DNA of 61,037 nucleotides from a virus (Duplodnaviria; Caudoviricetes): IMG/VR virus record IMGVR_UViG_3300020156_000441, positions 1 to 61,037 of that record; one strand, 5' to 3'. Shown piece by piece: positions 55,816 to 61,037 of this stretch (position 1 is its first letter; each line of letters starts with the position of its first letter). The notes under the pieces were generated by a model. It saw only the letters and a program-made list of their open reading frames with translations, ran no database searches and was not told where the DNA came from. The position numbers and the translations under genes were made by a program.

Positions 55816-56062
55816 CCCCTCCCCCTGCTCCGCAGGAGGAGGGAGGGACCCAAGCGAAGCTTGGGAGGGTGGGGGCAACGCCTTCCCCAAGGATCCACGG
55901 CCGTAGGTTGGGTTGAGCCGCAGGCGAAAACCCAACATTCCCCGCCGTGCGAAGGGCGTTGGGTCCAGACCCAACCTACAACTCGCTGATCCTCGGCAAG
56001 ACCTTGCCCCCACCCTCCCGCTTCGCGGGTCCCTCCCTCCCCCGGCGGGGCCGGGGGAGGGG
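55816..56062. repeat. Second composite palindromic repeat with an inner REP pair (55903-55979)
   Basis: Same architecture as 52257-52592. Confidence 0.75.
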
Positions 56063-56080
56063 TGCCTTCCGGAGCCCCCC

Positions 56081-58111
56081 ATGACCGCGACCATCCAGAT
56101 CCCGCGCGGCACGCCGCGCGCGCAGTACGTCGCCGACGGCACGCAGGCCGCCTTCACCTTCCCGTTCCCGGTCTTCGCGTCGGAGGATGTGCAGGTCTTC
56201 CTGGGCGCCGCCCTCCAGTCCACCGGCTACACCGTGTCCGGCGCCGGGGACAGCGCCGGCGGCACCGTCGCCTTCGCGTCCGCCCCCGCCGCCGGCACCA
56301 CGGTCACCCTGCGCCGCCGCGTGCCGGTGGAGCGGATGACCGACTTCCTGGAGAGCGGTCCGCTGACAGCCTCCGCGCTGAACCGCGAGCTGGACGTGCT
56401 CACCGCCTGCCTCCAGCAGGTGGCCGGCGACCAGGAGCTGATGCTGCGCTACGCCGACACCGACCTGCCGGCGTCGCCCGTGCTGCCCGGCCGCACCGCG
56501 CGCGCCGGCGCGCTGCTGGCCTTCGACGGCGCCGGCAACCCCACCGTCCGCCCCCCCGTGAACGAGGAGGCGCTGTCCACCTACCTGCCGTCCGGCCCCG
56601 GCGCCGTCGCCCGGCCGATCCGCGACAAGCTGGCCGACGCCGTGTCGGTGAAGGACTTCGGCGCCATCGGCGACGGCATCGTCGACGACACGCTGGCCAT
56701 CCAGGCGGCGCTGACGGCGGCGCAAGCCGTGCACCTGCCGTCCGGCACCTACCGCGTCTCCAACACCATCACCGTGGGCTACGGCCAGACGCTGTCCGGC
56801 GCCGGGCAGTCGTCGATCCTGCGCGCCTCCGGCTTCGGCTTCGACCTGCTGCACCTGCCGGACGGCTATGCCACCGTGCGCGATCTGCGGCTGGAAAAGG
56901 GGCTGGCCGGCGTGCGCCTGTTCGGCCGCGACGGCCCGTGCGTGCAGAACACGCTGACCGACCTCACCATCTGGGAGTCGTCCTACGGCCTCGTCCTCGA
57001 CGGCCATGCGGATCCCGGCCGGCCGTGCTACTGGAACCAGATCGCCCGCGTGCTGGTGGCCAAGCCGGCGGTGCACGGCGTCTGGCTGACGAAAAGCGGG
57101 GCGGGCGATACGCCGAACGCCAACCGCTTCCACATGGTGCGCGTCTACTCGCTCTCGGCCGCCATCTCCGGCGACGGCTTCCGCGTCGAACACGGCCGCT
57201 TCAACAACGCCTTCGTGGATTGCGAGGCCAACCTGTCCACCGGGGCCGGCGCCTGCTTCCGCGTCGGTGCCGACACCGACAAGACGCTGATCCTCAACCT
57301 CTACTGCGAGACGCTGGGCGGCGTGCCCAACGTGGTGCTGGAGGCGGGATCGGTGGAGACCTGCATCGTCAACCTGCTGTCGGCCAGCGCCGGCCCGGCG
57401 ATCCTCGACCTCTCGGGTGGACGGTATACGGCCTACAACGCCGGCTACCCGGACAAGAATCGCCTGGGCGCCACCCGCGTCAGCGAACTGGTGGTGGAGG
57501 CGCTGCGCTACGACACCGAATACGTCGAACCCGCGGCCGGCGGCGTGGTGGCGCTGGAACTGTCCAGCTCCATGGTGCTGCTCAGCGCCTACGGCGGCGC
57601 GGTGGAGGCACGGCTGCCCACGGCCTCCGCCGCCAACGGCCACACGCTCACCATCAAGAAGACGGACGCCTCCGCCAACGCCGTCACGATCACCGAATCC
57701 GGCGGGCCGGGGCCGGACGGGCGCAGCGTCAGCCTGGGCAACCGCTTCGACTACGTCACCGTGGTGTCCAACGGTGCGAACTGGTGGATCGTCGGCGGCA
57801 ACGCGCATCCGCTCAACGCCGCCTACCGCGACCAGCCCGGCCTGTTCGAGCCGACGCTCGACCAGTCGCTCTATCTGGTCAGCGCCTTCGCGGGTGCGGT
57901 GGAGGTGCGGCTGCCCGCCCCCGGCGCCGCGCACGCCGTGGGCCGCCCGGTCACCATCAAGAAGGCCGACACCTCGGGCTCTGCCGTGACCGTCACCAAG
58001 CCGGGCGGCGGCGGGCCGGACAACGAGGCGATCGTTCTGGCCGCATACGGACACGCCGTCACCGTCCTGTCGAACGGCGCCAACTGGTTCATCCTGGGAC
58101 GCAACCCGTGA
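56081..58111 (+). CDS. Tail fibre/spike: podoviral anchor domain, pectate-lyase-like beta-helix, two C-terminal repeat domains
   Basis: YVADGTQ..F.FPF...LNRELD; VSVKDFGAIGDG..DDT.AIQAA; duplicated TIKK.D...VTV.SNGANW. Confidence 0.85.
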   Translation: MTATIQIPRGTPRAQYVADGTQAAFTFPFPVFASEDVQVFLGAALQSTGYTVSGAGDSAGGTVAFASAPAAGTTVTLRRRVPVERMTDFLESGPLTASALNRELDVLTACLQQVAGDQELMLRYADTDLPASPVLPGRTARAGALLAFDGAGNPTVRPPVNEEALSTYLPSGPGAVARPIRDKLADAVSVKDFGAIGDGIVDDTLAIQAALTAAQAVHLPSGTYRVSNTITVGYGQTLSGAGQSSILRASGFGFDLLHLPDGYATVRDLRLEKGLAGVRLFGRDGPCVQNTLTDLTIWESSYGLVLDGHADPGRPCYWNQIARVLVAKPAVHGVWLTKSGAGDTPNANRFHMVRVYSLSAAISGDGFRVEHGRFNNAFVDCEANLSTGAGACFRVGADTDKTLILNLYCETLGGVPNVVLEAGSVETCIVNLLSASAGPAILDLSGGRYTAYNAGYPDKNRLGATRVSELVVEALRYDTEYVEPAAGGVVALELSSSMVLLSAYGGAVEARLPTASAANGHTLTIKKTDASANAVTITESGGPGPDGRSVSLGNRFDYVTVVSNGANWWIVGGNAHPLNAAYRDQPGLFEPTLDQSLYLVSAFAGAVEVRLPAPGAAHAVGRPVTIKKADTSGSAVTVTKPGGGGPDNEAIVLAAYGHAVTVLSNGANWFILGRNP

Positions 58112-59613
58112 CGCCTGAGGACAACAGCGACATTTCCTTCCGCCACTTCGTGGAGGCGTGGAACCGGCAGCAAGATCAGACGACGCCGTTCCATCACCAC
58201 GGCATCGGCGCGTGGCTCAACTGCTTCCTCGACCGCGGGCAGCGGCACCTGCTGCTGATGGCCTTCCGCGGGGCGGGCAAGTCGACGCTGGTCGGGCTGT
58301 TCGCCGCGTGGCTGCTGTGCCGCGACCCCAACCGGCGCCTGCTGGTCCTGGCCGCCGACCTGCGGCTGGCGAAGAAGATGGTGCGCAACGTCAAGCGCAT
58401 CATCGAGCGCCACCCCATGACCCGCGGCCTGAAACCGAAGGAGCGCGACCAGTGGGCGGCCGACCAGTTCACCGTGGTGCGCCGGCTGGAACTGCGCGAC
58501 CCCTCCATGCTGGCGGCCGGGGTGGACGGCAACGTCACCGGCAACCGCGCCGACGTGGTGATCTGCGACGACGTCGAGGTCCCGCGCACCGCCGACACGG
58601 CGCTGAAGCGCGAAACCCTGCGCGAGGTGCTGCGCGAGGTCGACTTCCTGCTGGTGCCGGGGGGTGTGCAGCTCTACGTCGGCACGCCGCACAGCCACTA
58701 CACCATCTACGCCGAGGAGGGGCACGCCGACGCGGGCGAGAGCCGGCCATTCCTGGATGGCTTCCGCCGCCTCGTCCTGCCGGTCGTCGACAAGGATCGC
58801 AGCGCCTGGCCGGAGCGCTTCCCGCTGGAGCATGTGGAGCGCATCCGCCGCCGCTCCGGCCCCAACAAGTTCGCCAGCCAGATGCTGCTCCAGCCGGTGC
58901 CGGCGAGCGCCAGCCGCCTCGACCCCGACGACCTGCGCCCCTACCGGCACGAGCTGGTCTATCACGAGGGGCAGGGGCAGGCGATGCTGACGCTGAACGG
59001 CGTGCGCCTGATGTCGGCCACCGCGTGGTGGGACCCGTCCTGCGCGGCGCCGGACGAGGATGGCCGGCCGCCGGGCGACGACAGCGTGGTGGCCGCCGTG
59101 TTCACCGACGCGGCCGGGAACCACCACCTGCACCGCGTGCTGTACCTGCGCATCGACCGGAACGACCCGACGCAGCGCGCGGTGCAGCAGTGCCGCGCCG
59201 TCACCGCCTTCGTCCGCGACCTGAACCTGCCGGGCATCTATGTGGAGCAGAACGGGCTGGGCCGCTTCCTGCCCGAACAGCTGCGCGCGGAGATGCGGCG
59301 CGCCGGGGTGGCGGCGTCGGTGATCGGCGTGACCTCCACCAAGCCGAAGGCGAAGCGGATCCTGGAGGGGTTCGACGCGCGCCTCGCGGCGGGGCGCCTC
59401 CACGCGCACGTCTCGCTGTGGGACACGCCGTTCATCCGCGAGATGCGCGAATGGCGCCCGCAGGGGCGCAGCGGCGTGCGCGACGACGCGCTGGACGCGG
59501 TGGCCGGCTGCCTGCTGGCCGAACCCATCCGCTTCGAACACCCGCCGCCTCCCGCCCGGCCCACGGACTGGCGCCCGGGCGCGGTGGTGGCCGCGGCGGA
59601 GTGGGACGTATGA
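58108..59613 (+). CDS. terL: Terminase large subunit of the resident cluster
   Basis: AFRGAGKST, GNRADVVICDDVE, VGTPH, WDPS, VEQNG and DDALDAVAG; GTG start overlaps the fibre stop. Confidence 0.88.
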   Translation: MTPEDNSDISFRHFVEAWNRQQDQTTPFHHHGIGAWLNCFLDRGQRHLLLMAFRGAGKSTLVGLFAAWLLCRDPNRRLLVLAADLRLAKKMVRNVKRIIERHPMTRGLKPKERDQWAADQFTVVRRLELRDPSMLAAGVDGNVTGNRADVVICDDVEVPRTADTALKRETLREVLREVDFLLVPGGVQLYVGTPHSHYTIYAEEGHADAGESRPFLDGFRRLVLPVVDKDRSAWPERFPLEHVERIRRRSGPNKFASQMLLQPVPASASRLDPDDLRPYRHELVYHEGQGQAMLTLNGVRLMSATAWWDPSCAAPDEDGRPPGDDSVVAAVFTDAAGNHHLHRVLYLRIDRNDPTQRAVQQCRAVTAFVRDLNLPGIYVEQNGLGRFLPEQLRAEMRRAGVAASVIGVTSTKPKAKRILEGFDARLAAGRLHAHVSLWDTPFIREMREWRPQGRSGVRDDALDAVAGCLLAEPIRFEHPPPPARPTDWRPGAVVAAAEWDV

Positions 59614-59656
59614 GTTCCCGCCGCCGGGCATCCCGGCGGCGGGAAACACCGGCCGC

Positions 59657-60025
59657 TTACTTCTTCTTCCAGACCTCGGTGCCCTTGTTGCCCGGATCGG
59701 TGCGGCGCCACCACGGGCCCGACAGGGTGCCGTCGGGGTTCACGTTCATCAGCATGATGGTGTTCTTGCCATCCAGCACGGCCGCGATCGCCAGGACGCT
59801 GCCGGTCACCTGGCCGACGCCGACGTAGTCGCCGCCGTCCCACTTCACGCTCAGCGCGCCCGACTTCTCGTTCGTCACCACGACGGTGCCGGCCTCCTTG
59901 TAGGCCGAACCGTCGGTGTCGGTGCCGTTGTAGGTGTAGGTGCCGACGACGTTGGCCGACTGCGCCAGCGCCGCCCCCGCGAGGCCGACGACCAGCACCG
60001 ACGACAAAGCAAGCGTACGAAGCAT
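59657..60025 (-). CDS. Small secreted beta-rich protein
   Basis: Signal peptide (MLRTLALSSVLVVGLAGAALA) and RBS GGGG; antisense insertion within the cluster. Confidence 0.7.
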   Translation of the reverse strand: MLRTLALSSVLVVGLAGAALAQSANVVGTYTYNGTDTDGSAYKEAGTVVVTNEKSGALSVKWDGGDYVGVGQVTGSVLAIAAVLDGKNTIMLMNVNPDGTLSGPWWRRTDPGNKGTEVWKKK

Positions 60026-60180
60026 TATTTCCCCCAGTCTTCGTGTCCCAAGACGTTGCCGCGCCGATGGGCCGGGCAACGACGCGAAGCTACCGCATCG
60101 GGGGTAATGCGCAAGAGTAATCGTCGATCTCGGCGCCCGTTTTGAACGGCCATCAACAATATTTTCTTTCTGTAACGGAG

Positions 60181-60489
60181 ATGTCGATGCCTGAAACCAT
60201 GAACGTGGTCTGGTGGATCACGGCCGTCGAGCTGCCTGTTTTCGGCGGCCTGTTCTGGCTGATCGCGCGGCTGCGCAAGGATTCCGAGGACGCCCTGGCC
60301 GCGCTGCGCACCCGCGCGGAGGCGGCGCAGGCGCAGGTCCGCGAAAGCCTCGCCGCCTACAAGCTGGAGGTCGCCAAGACCTACGTCTCCTTCGGCACGC
60401 TGAAGGACGTGGAAACGCGCCTGACCGATCACCTGCTGCGCATCGAGCGCAAGCTGGACTGCGGCGTCGCCGACGGGGGTGTGCGATGA
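60181..60489 (+). CDS. Holin-like protein (one TM plus coiled coil)
   Basis: WWITAVELPVFGGLFWLI; C-terminal L.RIERKLD; coupled to the hydrolase. Confidence 0.6.
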   Translation: MSMPETMNVVWWITAVELPVFGGLFWLIARLRKDSEDALAALRTRAEAAQAQVRESLAAYKLEVAKTYVSFGTLKDVETRLTDHLLRIERKLDCGVADGGVR

Positions 60490-61037
60490 GCCGCGCCCGT
60501 CTGGTCCCGATGTCTCTGGTCCCGATGTCTCTGGTCCCGATGTCCGCCGCGACGCCGGCCGCCACTCCCGCCACCACGGCGCCGCCGGCCCCTTCCACCG
60601 CGCCCCCGGCCGCCGGTGGGCCCACCGAAGAAGCGGTCGACACCCTCGCCCGCACCCTGTGGGGCGAGGCGCGCGGCGAACCGGTTCGGGGAATCGAGGC
60701 GGTGGCGGCGGTGGTGGTCAACCGCGTCCGGCGAGCCGAACGGCGTGGCGGCCACTGGTGGGGCGGCAGCATCGTCGCCGTGTGCCGCAAGCCCTACCAG
60801 TTTTCGTGCTGGAACGCGAACGACCCGAACCGGGCCAAGCTGCTGGCGGTCACGGCGGCCGACCCGGTGTTCGCCACCTGCCTGCGCGTGGCGCGCCGCG
60901 CCGTTGCCGGGCTGCTGCCCGATCCGACCGGCGGGGCCACGCACTACCACCGTCTCGGCCTGCACCCGTCCTGGGCCACTGGCCATTCGCCGTGCGCGGA
61001 GATCGGCCGGCACCTGTTCTACGACGGCGTGGAATGA
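60486..61037 (+). CDS. Cell-wall hydrolase (SleB/Hydrolase_2 family)
   Basis: TLARTLWGEARGE, VVVNRV, YQFSCWN, PTGGATHYH and IGRHLFY. Confidence 0.9.
   Translation: MSRARLVPMSLVPMSLVPMSAATPAATPATTAPPAPSTAPPAAGGPTEEAVDTLARTLWGEARGEPVRGIEAVAAVVVNRVRRAERRGGHWWGGSIVAVCRKPYQFSCWNANDPNRAKLLAVTAADPVFATCLRVARRAVAGLLPDPTGGATHYHRLGLHPSWATGHSPCAEIGRHLFYDGVE
60501..60544 (+). repeat. In-frame 15-bp tandem repeat, 3 copies (LVPMS)
   Basis: CTGGTCCCGATGTC(T) repeated three times. Confidence 0.85.

Larger units (their letters stand above)
1173..61037 (+). mobile_element. Domesticated podovirus-like structural cluster (candidate GTA), interrupted by the prophage at 8583-51776
   Basis: T7/BPP-1-like gene order: portal, scaffold, capsid, tail tubular A/B, internal protein, spike, terminase, lysis. 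No integrase or replication genes of its own; host gene and REP insertions present. Confidence 0.7.

Noticed and set aside
56062-59613. 1183-aa ORF as a giant terminase fusion
   Set aside because: The first two thirds are an off-frame reading of the spike gene; the terminase starts at about 58108.
349-61037. Treating the whole window as one hybrid phage
   Set aside because: Two incompatible portal/capsid/terminase/tail sets are present, and att repeats cleanly delimit the inner one.

Overview
GC-rich alphaproteobacterial DNA (Azospirillum/Rhodospirillales-like, inferred) containing two nested phage-related elements. The outer element (about 1173-8590 plus 51777-61037) is a podovirus-type structural cluster: portal, Bbp19-like protein, scaffold, major capsid, tail tubular A and B, one internal virion protein, tail spike, large terminase, holin-like protein and a cell-wall hydrolase. 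It has no integrase or replication genes in this window. It is interrupted by a host GGDEF-EAL gene and REP-like repeats, and sits next to a divergent HTH-S24 repressor and a LexA-type box. It looks domesticated and is a candidate podovirus-type gene transfer agent (GTA). The inner element (8583-51776, about 43.2 kb) is an apparently intact temperate siphovirus with HK97-like head genes. It is integrated inside the major capsid gene of the outer element and is bounded by an 8-bp direct repeat (GCCACTGG) with inverted arm-type repeats. Removing it in silico restores an uninterrupted 271-aa capsid ORF. The prophage carries candidate anti-phage cargo at both ends, an operator set, an iteron-like origin, a -1 frameshift and a relic tRNA-Met attachment fragment. 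All products are assigned by motif recognition and gene order; no database searches were run.
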